Below are positions 49,014 to 59,083 of a stretch of DNA of 64,000 nt, one piece after another. Both the position numbers and the translations under genes were made by a program. Under the pieces are notes generated by a model that ran no database searches, was not told the origin of the DNA, and saw nothing but the letters and a program-made list of their open reading frames with translations. The DNA comes from an uncultured Verrucomicrobiae bacterium (GTDB taxonomy: Bacteria; Verrucomicrobiota; Verrucomicrobiia; Limisphaerales; Palsa-1400): NCBI GenBank assembly GCA_963764165.1, contig CAVXRD010000002.1:3360001-3424000 (forward strand), read 5' to 3'. Each line of letters starts with the position of its first letter. Positions within the stretch are counted from its first letter, which is position 1.

Positions 49014-51100
49014 GCGGCGGCAGCGGCGGGCCGCAGGGCGGCTTTCGGCGCGTTAGAGGGCGTGGGCGGCGCGGGCGGAGCCGGCAGCGCAGGCGCGAGA
49101 TGCGGCTCCAATTCCTCACCCTGGCGGACGAGGCGGGCGCTGTTGAAAACCACCAGCAGCGAACCCACCACGTGCAAAACAGCGGCGATAATAGGGTCGA
49201 TGATCTTGAGCGCAGCCATAATCAGACCGCCAATCACGAACATAATGCCGATTAGGAAATTCTGATTGATGACAGAACGGGTCTGGCGCGAAAGGCGCAC
49301 CAGGAACGGGAGCCGGCGCAGATCGTTGTTCATCAGCGCAATGGTCGCGCTATGAACCGCGACCTCGCTGCCCGCCGCGCCCATCGCGATGCCCAGATCG
49401 CCTGCGGCCAGCGCCGGAGCGTCGTTGACACCATCGCCGACAACGGCGACGCGGTAGCCTTTGGCCTTCATCGCACGGACAAATTCCACTTTGTTCTGCG
49501 GCAAGCATTCGCCGAGAACTTCCGGGCAGCCGATTTCCTTGGCCACGCGCGATGCCACCGGCTGGCGGTCGCCGGAGACCATCGCAATCCGGCGGACGCC
49601 CGTCGTTTTCAAATCCGCCAGCGCTTCGCGGGCTTCAGCGCGGGTTTGGTCTTCCAACCCGACCCAGCCAATGCACTGATTATTGCGCGCGACGAAAATC
49701 AGACTGAAACCTTCCGTCTCATTCAAATCGACAGACTTGAGGAAATCATCACGGACGCCGTGGTCTTTGAGCCATTGGGCGCGTCCTACAAAAACCAGCG
49801 CGCCATCGATGCTGGCGGCCACGCCGCGCCCGGCGGTTTCCGCGAAATCCTTCGGTTCAGCCAGCGTAACGCCCGCTTCGCCGGCCAATTGGGCCAGAGC
49901 CTTGGCGGTCGGATGGTTGCTGTATTTCTCGGCGGAAGCCGCGATGCGGAGCAAGTCCGCCGGGGCCGTCCCGCCCAGCGGAGCGAGGCGGCTGACGGCC
50001 AGCTTGCCGGTCGTCAACGTGCCGGTTTTGTCAAATACAAAAGCATTGATGCGGGCGGCGAGTTCAATATCGCCCACGTTTTTGATGAGGATGCCAAGGC
50101 GGGCGGCGGCGGAAAGCGCCGCGACCATTGCGCTGGGCGTGGCCAGAATGAAGGCGCATGGGCAGCTCACGATGAAGACCGCAATCACGCGGCTCAGATC
50201 GTTGGTAAACGCCCAAACCAAAGCGCCGATCACCAGCACGAGCGGCGTATAGAAGCCCATGTATTGATCGATGATGCGCATGATCGGCAGGCGCGTTCTT
50301 TCCGCGGCAAGGATCAAATCGCGCACTTTTCCGAGCGTCGTGTCTTCGCCGGCGCGGGTGACTTTGATTTCGAGCACGCCGGTCAAATTCTGTGTGCCCG
50401 CAAAAACTTCGTCTCCGATTTTCTTGTCCACGGGCAAAGATTCACCGGTGATGTTGGCCTGGTTCAATGAACCCTGGCCGCTGACAATCGTGCCATCAGC
50501 CGCAACGTTATCGCCGGGGCGGACACGGATGACATCGCCCACTGAGAGCAGGCGAGTCTCCACTTCCTCTTCCGTGGCGCCCTTCACCCGGCGGGCTTTG
50601 GGTGGCGTCAATTTGATGAGCGATTCAATCGAAGCGCGCGCGCCTTCTGCCGTGCGTGTTTCAATAATCTGCCCGAGAAGCATGAAGAAAGCGATCAAGC
50701 CCGCTTCCTGAAATCCATTCACTTGGCGGACAAAGGTGCTGCCACCGAAATCGGAGGCCGCCGCGCCAAACGCCGCCAAAACCGCCAGCGAAACCAGTTC
50801 GTTTGTCGTCAGCAATCCCTTGCGCAAATCCTCCACCGAAGCCCAAATAATGGGCGCGCCCAAAATGATGGCGCCGAACATCGCGCTGGCCGCCGCAATG
50901 GGATTGCCAGCGTCCAGAATCCAGTTCATCACAAACGAATTCAAAACCAAAACGACGCCCACCAGCGTCCACGCCATGGAAAGCGCGACGTGCGAATGGT
51001 CGTGGCCGTCGTGGCCGTGATCGTGGTGATGGTCGTGGCCGCAACCACACGCGTCATCGAGCGCATCGTTTTCGCGGCTTAATAGTGAGGTCACTCGCAT
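49010..51100 (-). CDS. Heavy-metal-type (P1B) P-type ATPase with a His-rich N-terminus
   Basis: TGES, SCPC, DKTGT, SNHP, GDGVNDAP; N-terminal CGCGHDHHHDHGHDGHDHSH. Confidence 0.92.
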   Translation of the reverse strand: MRVTSLLSRENDALDDACGCGHDHHHDHGHDGHDHSHVALSMAWTLVGVVLVLNSFVMNWILDAGNPIAAASAMFGAIILGAPIIWASVEDLRKGLLTTNELVSLAVLAAFGAAASDFGGSTFVRQVNGFQEAGLIAFFMLLGQIIETRTAEGARASIESLIKLTPPKARRVKGATEEEVETRLLSVGDVIRVRPGDNVAADGTIVSGQGSLNQANITGESLPVDKKIGDEVFAGTQNLTGVLEIKVTRAGEDTTLGKVRDLILAAERTRLPIMRIIDQYMGFYTPLVLVIGALVWAFTNDLSRVIAVFIVSCPCAFILATPSAMVAALSAAARLGILIKNVGDIELAARINAFVFDKTGTLTTGKLAVSRLAPLGGTAPADLLRIAASAEKYSNHPTAKALAQLAGEAGVTLAEPKDFAETAGRGVAASIDGALVFVGRAQWLKDHGVRDDFLKSVDLNETEGFSLIFVARNNQCIGWVGLEDQTRAEAREALADLKTTGVRRIAMVSGDRQPVASRVAKEIGCPEVLGECLPQNKVEFVRAMKAKGYRVAVVGDGVNDAPALAAGDLGIAMGAAGSEVAVHSATIALMNNDLRRLPFLVRLSRQTRSVINQNFLIGIMFVIGGLIMAALKIIDPIIAAVLHVVGSLLVVFNSARLVRQGEELEPHLAPALPAPPAPPTPSNAPKAALRPAAAAA

Positions 51101-51103
51101 AGG

Positions 51104-52174
51104 CTAAGGATTTGGAATGGAAACAGGCGTCGGCGCCTCCAGTTCCCGGCTTAAATTAAAGCGAACTTCCTTCGAATTCGGCGGGATCGTGATTTTGTCC
51201 ACCGCGTTCGTGTAGACGTTGGCAAGAACAGACATTTGTTTGATGCGCTTGAAAAGCTCCGGGTCCCGCTGGTATTGGGCCAGCAGCTTCTTGAAAGCGT
51301 CAGCTTGGGCGGCCATGGAATCGACCCGGTATTTCCGTATCGCATCGGCCACGCGGATGCGGGTATCGGCTTCGCCCTTGGCGTGAGCGATAACGTTCGT
51401 GGCATACGTCTGCGCGTCTTCGACTAATTTCTGGCGCAATTGCATCGCTTTGGTGACCTCATTAAACAGCGGCTTGAGATACATCGGCGCCGATGCGCCC
51501 CAATCCACATAATCCACCGTAAGGCCAAGTTTCTCGTCGTCAACCACCTGATTTACTTGGCGTTGAATGCGTTCGCGGAAAGCATCGCGGTTGGTGGTGA
51601 GAATGGCGTCCACCGTGAATTCGCTGGCGGCGCTCAAGAGGGCGTTATTCAGCGTATTGGTCAAAAACGCCGTCGCGTCGACAAAGCCGAATTGGAAAAC
51701 CGTCGGGTCGGTGATGTGATATTTCGCATCGACCCAGAGATGTATAATATTAGTGTCCGCCGTGATGGCGTAGGTCCAAGATGCCGGATTGAGCTTCTGC
51801 ATGGCCGGCGGCTCGGCCTGGCCGATGCTGCGCTCGTAGGCGGTCTGATACCAGCCAACGGCTGATTCTGCGTTCGTCAGCGAGGTGATTTTCAGGGTGA
51901 CGATTGAATCAATCGGCGCTGGAAAGGCCCAATGAGCGCCCGGCCCCAGCAGTTTTCCGCCATCGACCGGTTTCCCCATCCGCAGGCGAATGGCCGCTTC
52001 CGAAGGGCCGACTGTGAAAAATCCTGAGCCGAGAAAAACCAGCACCAGCGCCACCATGATCACTTGGACAATGATGAAGCTGCTGCGCATCGCCTCCGCC
52101 AGCGCCAGCGAACCGGCGTCTTCCGGCGGCGGAGTCTGCTCCGGGGGCAGTGCGTTGGGATCGAGGTCGCTCAT
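51104..52174 (-). CDS. hflK: SPFH protein, HflK-like
   Basis: Single TM, GPGAHWAFPAPID band-7 start, C-terminal coiled coil (AKGEA...LLAQYQRDP); ATGA overlap with hflC. Confidence 0.75.
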   Translation of the reverse strand: MSDLDPNALPPEQTPPPEDAGSLALAEAMRSSFIIVQVIMVALVLVFLGSGFFTVGPSEAAIRLRMGKPVDGGKLLGPGAHWAFPAPIDSIVTLKITSLTNAESAVGWYQTAYERSIGQAEPPAMQKLNPASWTYAITADTNIIHLWVDAKYHITDPTVFQFGFVDATAFLTNTLNNALLSAASEFTVDAILTTNRDAFRERIQRQVNQVVDDEKLGLTVDYVDWGASAPMYLKPLFNEVTKAMQLRQKLVEDAQTYATNVIAHAKGEADTRIRVADAIRKYRVDSMAAQADAFKKLLAQYQRDPELFKRIKQMSVLANVYTNAVDKITIPPNSKEVRFNLSRELEAPTPVSIPNP

Positions 52175-53088
52175 TTGTCTTTCTTGCTCGGTTCCTCCAT
52201 CTTCAGCCACTGCAACGGCGAGGTGCTGAGGTCGAGAACCAGCGTCGTCTTCTTTTTCAAAAATTGCTCGAGCGCGTCCATCTGCATGTTGAAGGCCGCC
52301 AATTCCGGATTCTCCTGCATGATTTGCAGCGACTTCATCATTTCGGCTTCGCCTTCCCCGCGAATCTTGAACGCTTCGGCCTCGGCGTCATACAAAAGTT
52401 TGGCGGCCTGGCCATCGGCTTCCGCCCGGATGCGGGTGGCATCCAATTCACCCTGCGACGTCACGTTGGTGATATAATAGACCCGCTCCGATTTCATGCG
52501 GTCGAAAACTTCCGCCGTCACGCTTTCCGGGAGGCCGATCTTTTGAATTTGCACAAACTTGATTTCGACGCCGAAGTTGTTGGTCGCGTTGTGGACGCGG
52601 TTTTGGACATCGTCCAGGATTTCCTTTTCGATGCTGGCGAACTTCATTTCACCCGGGGTGGCGGAAATGAAATCTGAGAAAACGTGGCGGCCCGCCACGG
52701 CGTTCTTGGAACTGCGAACGATTTCCGTCAAGGTTTTTTCCGCTTCTGGAATCGAGCCGTCCGCAACTTTCACGAAGAAATTCGTCGGATCATTGATGCG
52801 GTAGCCGACATAGACTGAAAGCAGGATAATGCTCTGGTCGTGGAGTTTGATTTCTTCGAATTTTCCCTTGGCTTCAAAATTCTGGATGCGCTGGTCGAGC
52901 TTGAAAACGCGCTCGATGGGCGAGGGCAGGCGGAAGCCGGGGCCGGGAGTGGATTTGACGCGGGCAAGGCGTCCGAACCGGGTGACGACCGCCACTTCGG
53001 ACGGGCGCACCTGGTAGACGAACAGCATCAGGCCAAAGACAATCAACAAGACGAAGGCTACTGCCAATGTAAGGGGCTTGCGTTTCAT
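52171..53088 (-). CDS. hflC: SPFH protein, HflC-like
   Basis: VVTRFG, PGxxFRLPSPI, VFDRMKSER, IRGEGEAE. Confidence 0.85.
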   Translation of the reverse strand: MKRKPLTLAVAFVLLIVFGLMLFVYQVRPSEVAVVTRFGRLARVKSTPGPGFRLPSPIERVFKLDQRIQNFEAKGKFEEIKLHDQSIILLSVYVGYRINDPTNFFVKVADGSIPEAEKTLTEIVRSSKNAVAGRHVFSDFISATPGEMKFASIEKEILDDVQNRVHNATNNFGVEIKFVQIQKIGLPESVTAEVFDRMKSERVYYITNVTSQGELDATRIRAEADGQAAKLLYDAEAEAFKIRGEGEAEMMKSLQIMQENPELAAFNMQMDALEQFLKKKTTLVLDLSTSPLQWLKMEEPSKKDK

Positions 53089-53089
53089 A

Positions 53090-54961
53090 TCATTTCGAAG
53101 TCGGCTTAGTCAGGTTCCCGATTAAGTCATCGCGGATTTTGTCCTCAAGATTGAAGATCGGGATGTTCGGCGCATTGGTGGTGGCGATAATGTATTTGCG
53201 CGAGTCGGCGCTGTTTTCAACCAGCGCCCTCAAATAAGCCTGCTGTTCGTAAATTCCTTTCGGGCCTGGCGAGGCGGCGTAGGCTTTTTGCTGGCTGGCA
53301 AAAAGAATGGCCCGGGCGGCGGAGTTGGTGGCCGCCCCGTGCAAATCAGCCTGGGCGCTGGCAACCTTCTGGAAGCTTTCGCCTGTGGCAGTGGCGTTGG
53401 TGGCAATGGCATGCGCCCGCGCCTGCAAAATCTTCGACTCGCGCTTTTCCGAGGCGCCGACCACTTGCTCAAAGACGTCGGCCACCTTCGACGGCGGGTG
53501 AACATCCTCCAAACCCACGAAAAGAATTCGCGCCCCAAGCTGCTTCGCATCCGCCTCGGATTGGATATTTTGCTGCAAGGTGCTTTCGGCGTCAGCCCGG
53601 CCGCGGGACATCAAATCGTCAAAATTCGCGCTGGAAAGGTAACGGACAACCGCGCGTTCGGCGATGTTCGTCAAAAGTGTCACCGGATCTTCGTTGGTGT
53701 AGGCCCAACTGGACAGATTGGTAATCTGGTATTGAACCGGAATGCTGACGGAAACGAGGCTGACCGGCGGGCTCTTCTCCTCAATTTGCGCGGCGGAGGG
53801 GGCGTCGGCATTCAACTCGACGCTCGCCACCAAATAATTCTCTTCCTTGGCGTGCTTGACGGTCCAAGTAACGGTGTCGTTTGGATCCGGCTCCGCGCCA
53901 ACGAGGAAAGTCTGGATGCGGTCGGTGTGATAAACCGTCGTTTGGCCAATCGGCCACGGGGGTTTCACATGGAGCCCCGGCCCAATCAAGCCTGTTTCGC
54001 CCATCGGCTTGCCGAAACATTCCAGCAACGCCTCATCGCCCGGGTCAATCACCACAAAGCATGTTGAAAGCACCAAAATGGCAAATTGCGCCAGCAGCAG
54101 CCAACCCAACGCGCTTTCCAAAAAACGGTAGAACCAAGTATCAGAAACTTTGAAGCCAAATTGATAGTCCAACGCGTGCGCTGCCGTCGTGATGATCGCC
54201 TCCGGCTGGCCCAGCAAACCGACCAGACGGCTCTCGTAAAGCAGCCGCGTTTCGCGGCCTTCCACGCGGACGCGGTATCCTTCCAGCACGAGCGCTAGCA
54301 ACGTTTCGACCGCCGCAATCCCGGAAATCACACAGAAAACCCGCGCCACGATAATATCGATTCGGGCGACGCCCGACAAATACGCCGCGATCGCCCCAAT
54401 CACGATCAGGCACGAATACGCGCTCAACAGCATGTAGGCCGAGCTGGGGCGCAAGAGCTTGATGCCTTTGAGACGGGCCAGTCCGCTCGAATACTTGCCC
54501 AGCAGGAACAGAATCATCCCCATCAACCCGAGGAAGGACATCGCCAGCGTCGCCCGTTCTTTGATAAGAGGTGGAACGCCCGGCAGCTTCTGCCACGCCA
54601 GCCATGCGCCCAGCGCTTCAAGGACAAAGAGAATCGCCGCGAAGCTCGGAATGATGAAGCGCTCGAATTGTTCGCGGGAGCGCCGGGCAGGGAACGTGTC
54701 GCCGCCAGCGGTGGAAAAAAGCGACTCGCTGCCGCGGGACTTGCTCAGTTCCTCCATCTCCATTTTCTCGAACTCTTCCCGCTCAAGCAGGCCGATGTGG
54801 AAAAAGTTGAGGAGCGCCACCAGAAGCCCAAAGCCGGTCAAAATCGCCGCCATGGTGGCAGCGCCCGAGCTCAGGTAGCTGGAAATCAGCAGCAGGGCCA
54901 AAGTTGCGCCCAGCAGCACCACCAGGTTCATCAACGATGTCTTTTTTGTATTTTGGTCCAT
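53090..54961 (-). CDS. HflK-like SPFH protein fused to an N-terminal multi-TM domain
   Basis: About 7 hydrophobic segments precede PGDEALLECFG...GPGLHVKPPWP and DVHPPSKVADVFEQVV. Confidence 0.8.
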   Translation of the reverse strand: MDQNTKKTSLMNLVVLLGATLALLLISSYLSSGAATMAAILTGFGLLVALLNFFHIGLLEREEFEKMEMEELSKSRGSESLFSTAGGDTFPARRSREQFERFIIPSFAAILFVLEALGAWLAWQKLPGVPPLIKERATLAMSFLGLMGMILFLLGKYSSGLARLKGIKLLRPSSAYMLLSAYSCLIVIGAIAAYLSGVARIDIIVARVFCVISGIAAVETLLALVLEGYRVRVEGRETRLLYESRLVGLLGQPEAIITTAAHALDYQFGFKVSDTWFYRFLESALGWLLLAQFAILVLSTCFVVIDPGDEALLECFGKPMGETGLIGPGLHVKPPWPIGQTTVYHTDRIQTFLVGAEPDPNDTVTWTVKHAKEENYLVASVELNADAPSAAQIEEKSPPVSLVSVSIPVQYQITNLSSWAYTNEDPVTLLTNIAERAVVRYLSSANFDDLMSRGRADAESTLQQNIQSEADAKQLGARILFVGLEDVHPPSKVADVFEQVVGASEKRESKILQARAHAIATNATATGESFQKVASAQADLHGAATNSAARAILFASQQKAYAASPGPKGIYEQQAYLRALVENSADSRKYIIATTNAPNIPIFNLEDKIRDDLIGNLTKPTSK

Positions 54962-54998
54962 TGCAAATTAGACTGCCCGGCCTCGATTTAGTTCCAAC

Positions 54999-55961
54999 TC
55001 AGTTCAACTCCCGGTCCTCAAACAACATTAGGGCCATCGCGAGGGTGGCGCCGATATAAGCGCACGCATACCCGAACGCTTTGGCCAGATAGCTCAACGG
55101 TATTGTATTCTTACCTTCCAAGGCGTCCGCAAGCCAGAATAATTGCCAGTTCGGAGTCACCGCGTAAAGAATAGAAGCCCACCAGGAACCCGCTTTCGCG
55201 CGTTCGCCCCAGAAATAATCGGACATCAATCCCAGCAAAAACAGCGCTGAAATGATGGCCAGCGTCGGAATCACGTCCAGCCGGGTCGAGCAAGCCAGCG
55301 CCAGCGCCGCCAAGATCAGCAACGCCATCAACAGCAGCGCGGAAGCCGGAATGACCCGCCAATCGATGCCTTCGTAGCTCTCACCCATCCGAATCGCCTC
55401 GCGCGGAATGAACTGCAAAACCGCAAAAGCCACCACCGCCATGATCACCACCCCAAAAACCGCATCCGAAACAAACGGGCGGCGCAGAAAGTAATTGCTG
55501 AATGCCGCCAATACATATGCCAGCGCAATGGACCCAGTGAACACGCCCAAGCCCGGATAATCGACATCCCCGTAAGCATCAAAGGCCATGCGTGTGGCCA
55601 TCAGCGCGCCAATCATGTTGACAAAGGCGAGGAGGGTAAGGGCCATGGCCAGGCCGGCATACTTGCCAAACAGAAACTTGCTGCGGCTGACGGGCTTGGC
55701 CATGACCGCCAAGGCCGTTCCGCTGCGAATTTCCCGCGCCACAGAAGCCGAAGCGCTCAAGACCGCGCCGAACAAACCCGCCAGGAACATCACCGCCAAG
55801 GCGGTGTTTTTGACCAGCTTGGGCTCATCGCCAAATCCGAAATAATTGACGCAAGCCAGAGCGACCTCAAACAAAGTCGAGAGCGTCATTAGCAGCAGGT
55901 AGACCGGCTGCCGAATCAGCTCCATGAAGGCGTTCCCAGCTATGGTTATAAATTGGCGCAT
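54999..55961 (-). CDS. ABC-2-type permease
   Basis: IAGNAFMELIRQP, REIRSGT...KPVSRSKFLFGKY, FEDREL; start moved to MRQFITI. Confidence 0.85.
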   Translation of the reverse strand: MRQFITIAGNAFMELIRQPVYLLLMTLSTLFEVALACVNYFGFGDEPKLVKNTALAVMFLAGLFGAVLSASASVAREIRSGTALAVMAKPVSRSKFLFGKYAGLAMALTLLAFVNMIGALMATRMAFDAYGDVDYPGLGVFTGSIALAYVLAAFSNYFLRRPFVSDAVFGVVIMAVVAFAVLQFIPREAIRMGESYEGIDWRVIPASALLLMALLILAALALACSTRLDVIPTLAIISALFLLGLMSDYFWGERAKAGSWWASILYAVTPNWQLFWLADALEGKNTIPLSYLAKAFGYACAYIGATLAMALMLFEDRELN

Positions 55962-56232
55962 GTTGCTTGGGCAGGCAAGACTGCCGGAAGCTGGGCCAAG
56001 CTTAAAGAAAAATCCCCTTTTTGCAATGTGTCCTTTCGGCGCACAGGGGGGCAGGGCGTGTCGCACTCTTGGTCGGAGGACTGGTTCTTCCGCTCCGCTG
56101 GGAGCGAAATCAAAGATTCCGGGTCTGCGGCGCTTCAGGGCCAAGCCGGCATGAAGAATTTTGTCGCGCACCCTCTGGCTGCCTCATTGGATGAGGCGGC
56201 CTTGTGAGCGGCGGTGATCTCCGGTATTATCA

Positions 56233-57594
56233 ATGCACATGAATCGGACGGCAAAATTTCGGCTGACGGCGCTTGGGATCGCCGCCGCCTTGCTGGGCGT
56301 GCTGATCGCGCTGGCCAGCTTTCTGTCGCAGCGCCAGTCCGGCCTGCTCCGCCGGCAACTGGCCCAGGTCGATTCCGAAAGCGCCAGCATCTCCGAACAT
56401 TTCAAGGATTCGCTGCGCGAGGTCAACACGATCCGCCTCCGTTACATCATGGATGGCGATCCGGCGGCGTGGGAGCAATTTCAGAAATCCAGCCATGACT
56501 TGAGCGATTGGTTGAACAGTCAAACCCCTTCCCTGACCACATCCCGCGAGAAGGAATTGTTGCGCGACGTGAAAACCGCCTATTTCGATTACCTGGATGT
56601 CTCGCGGCAGATGTACCAAATCTCGCAAACGAACCGCCAGCCGGCCGATATCCTCAACGAATTCACCAACTCGCGCGCCCAATCACAGCATCTGTTCGAT
56701 CTCGGCCAATCGCTGGCCCGCGCGCATTCCGAATCGCGCAATCTAGTTCTGGCCCAGGCCAGCACGACGCTCAACCAGTTGCGGCAGTCCGTGCTGGCGC
56801 TGGTGGGATTGCTTTACCTCTTTGGCATTGCATTGGCGGCGCTGGCCTACCGTGATCTTGTCGTGCCGCTTCGGGCGAAATTGGTGGAAACGCAATCGCT
56901 GGCGGAACGCCACGAAAAACTGGCCTCGCTGGGCATGCTGGCGGCGGGGGTGGCCCATGAAATCCGCAATCCGCTCACCGCGATCAAAGCCGCCGTTTTC
57001 ATCCAGCAAAAGAAATTCACTCCCGGGTCGCAGGAAGCCGCCGACTCCGCCTTGGTGCAGCGCGAGATTTCCCGTCTGGAGCGCATCGTAACCGAGTTTC
57101 TGCAATTCGCGCGCCCATCAGAACCGGAACTTGCCAGCATGCAAAGCGACCAGCCGCTGAGGGAAGTTCAGTCTCTCCTCGGCCCAAGCCTGGCTCGCCA
57201 GAACATTCGCCTTTTGGTGGAGGATTCCTCGCCGATGCCCGTCAAGGTGGACGGCGAACAGATGAAACAAGTCCTCATCAATCTCGTTCAAAACGCCGCC
57301 GACAGCATCGGGCATGACGGCGCGATCACGCTGCGCGCGCGGCCGGACCGCATCCCGCTCGGAAACGGCGAGACGGATGTGGTGGTGTTGGAAGTCGCGG
57401 ACACCGGGCAAGGCATTGCGCCAGACGTGGAAAAGCGGTTGTTTGATCCGTTCTTCACCACCAAGCCGGAAGGGACGGGTCTTGGACTTTCCATCGCCGC
57501 CTGCATTATTCAAAAGCACGGCGGCGCGCTGCAGTACCAAACCCGCGTCAATCACGGCACCACCTTCGGCGTCATTCTCCCGCGCGCCGCCTGA
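56233..57594 (+). CDS. Two-TM sensor histidine kinase
   Basis: TM-helical periplasmic domain-TM; AHEIRNPL, NLVQNA, DTGQG, FFTTK, GTGLGL. Confidence 0.92.
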   Translation: MHMNRTAKFRLTALGIAAALLGVLIALASFLSQRQSGLLRRQLAQVDSESASISEHFKDSLREVNTIRLRYIMDGDPAAWEQFQKSSHDLSDWLNSQTPSLTTSREKELLRDVKTAYFDYLDVSRQMYQISQTNRQPADILNEFTNSRAQSQHLFDLGQSLARAHSESRNLVLAQASTTLNQLRQSVLALVGLLYLFGIALAALAYRDLVVPLRAKLVETQSLAERHEKLASLGMLAAGVAHEIRNPLTAIKAAVFIQQKKFTPGSQEAADSALVQREISRLERIVTEFLQFARPSEPELASMQSDQPLREVQSLLGPSLARQNIRLLVEDSSPMPVKVDGEQMKQVLINLVQNAADSIGHDGAITLRARPDRIPLGNGETDVVVLEVADTGQGIAPDVEKRLFDPFFTTKPEGTGLGLSIAACIIQKHGGALQYQTRVNHGTTFGVILPRAA

Positions 57595-57604
57595 TTTTGG
57601 CCAC

Positions 57605-59032
57605 ATGAGCACGGGGGCAAAAATATTGTTGATAGAAGATGACCCGGGCATCAGCGACACCTTGCGGCGTTTGCTGGCCGAGGAAGGGCACGAGGTGGCC
57701 GTTGAACGCCGCGGCGACGAAGGATTGGCTCGCGCGGGACGCGATATCTTCAATCTCGTCATTACGGATTTGCGTCTGCCGGGTTTGTCGGGTCTCGATT
57801 TAGTGCGTCAGCTTCATGCCGCCCAGCCGCGTCTCCCGATTATTTTGACGACCGCCTACGGCACGACAGAGACGGCCATCGAAGCCACCAAATTCGGCGC
57901 GTATGATTACTTGCTGAAGCCGTTTGATTTCCCGCAATTGATCGAACTCGTTCGCAAAGCCGCCGATAGCAATCGCCTGATGTCCGAACCGGTCACGCTC
58001 GGCGCTGGCGGAGCAAACGACGCGCTCGTTGGCCAGAGCGCGGCAATGCAGGCAATTTACAAGGAAATCGGGCGCGTCGCGTCGCGGCCGGTGCCGGTCT
58101 TGATTCGCGGCGAAACGGGCACAGGCAAGGAATTGATCGCCCGCGCGATTTATCAGCATAGCGATCGCTCGGGCGCGCCGTTCATCGCGGTCAATTGCGC
58201 CGCGATTCCCGAGACGCTGCTGGAGAGCGAATTGTTCGGCCACGAAAAAGGCGCCTTCACCGGCGCGCAGGCGCGGCGCATCGGGAGATTCGAGCAGGCC
58301 CATCGCGGCACCATTTTGCTGGATGAAATCGGCGACATGACCCCGGCCACGCAAGTCAAGCTGGTGCGTTTTTTGCAGGAGCGCCGCTTGCAGCGGCTCG
58401 GCGGGCGGGAGGATATTCCTCTTGACGTTCGCGTGCTGGCGGCGACCCATCGCGATTTGGAAACGGCCATCGCGCAAAAGGAATTTCGCGAGGATCTGTA
58501 TTACCGGCTGAATGTCGTTGCCATCAACCTGCCGCCGCTGCGCCAGCGCCGCGAGGATATTGGCGATTTGACGCGCTACTTCCTGCGCAAGCACGGCCCG
58601 AGCCTTGGCCACGCCGAGCCAAGCATCCAATCCGAGGCGATTGAATTTCTCGAGGCGGAACCGTGGCCGGGAAATGTGCGGCAGCTTGAAAACGTCGTCC
58701 GCAAAGCGCTGCTGCTGGCGCAAAATTACACAATCAACGCCGGCCATGTCCGCACTGTGCTTGACAAGCCGCCCGCCCCGGATTTTTCGCCAAAGCGCGC
58801 CTTCGGCGATTACATCGGCGAGCTGCTGGCGTCGGCAAAACGGGGGGAATTGTCGGACGCGCACGCCCGCGCCCTCGGGGCGGCGGAGCGGGAGTTGTTC
58901 ACCCGCGCCATCGCGGAAGCCGGGGGCAACCAGGCGAAAGCCGCCCGCTGGCTTGGCGTCACCCGCGTGACGATGAAAGCGAAATTGGTGCAGTTTGGCC
59001 TGTTCGAAAGTCCGGAGAAATTGGAGGGGTAG
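57605..59032 (+). CDS. Sigma54-dependent NtrC-family response regulator
   Basis: REC (IEDD, TDLRLP), GETGTGKE, GAFTGA, WPGNVRQL, Fis-type HTH. Confidence 0.95.
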   Translation: MSTGAKILLIEDDPGISDTLRRLLAEEGHEVAVERRGDEGLARAGRDIFNLVITDLRLPGLSGLDLVRQLHAAQPRLPIILTTAYGTTETAIEATKFGAYDYLLKPFDFPQLIELVRKAADSNRLMSEPVTLGAGGANDALVGQSAAMQAIYKEIGRVASRPVPVLIRGETGTGKELIARAIYQHSDRSGAPFIAVNCAAIPETLLESELFGHEKGAFTGAQARRIGRFEQAHRGTILLDEIGDMTPATQVKLVRFLQERRLQRLGGREDIPLDVRVLAATHRDLETAIAQKEFREDLYYRLNVVAINLPPLRQRREDIGDLTRYFLRKHGPSLGHAEPSIQSEAIEFLEAEPWPGNVRQLENVVRKALLLAQNYTINAGHVRTVLDKPPAPDFSPKRAFGDYIGELLASAKRGELSDAHARALGAAERELFTRAIAEAGGNQAKAARWLGVTRVTMKAKLVQFGLFESPEKLEG

Positions 59033-59083
59033 GAATGCTGCGGCATAAGCGTTGACTTGGAAACAGGCATCGCACTCGAGGAT

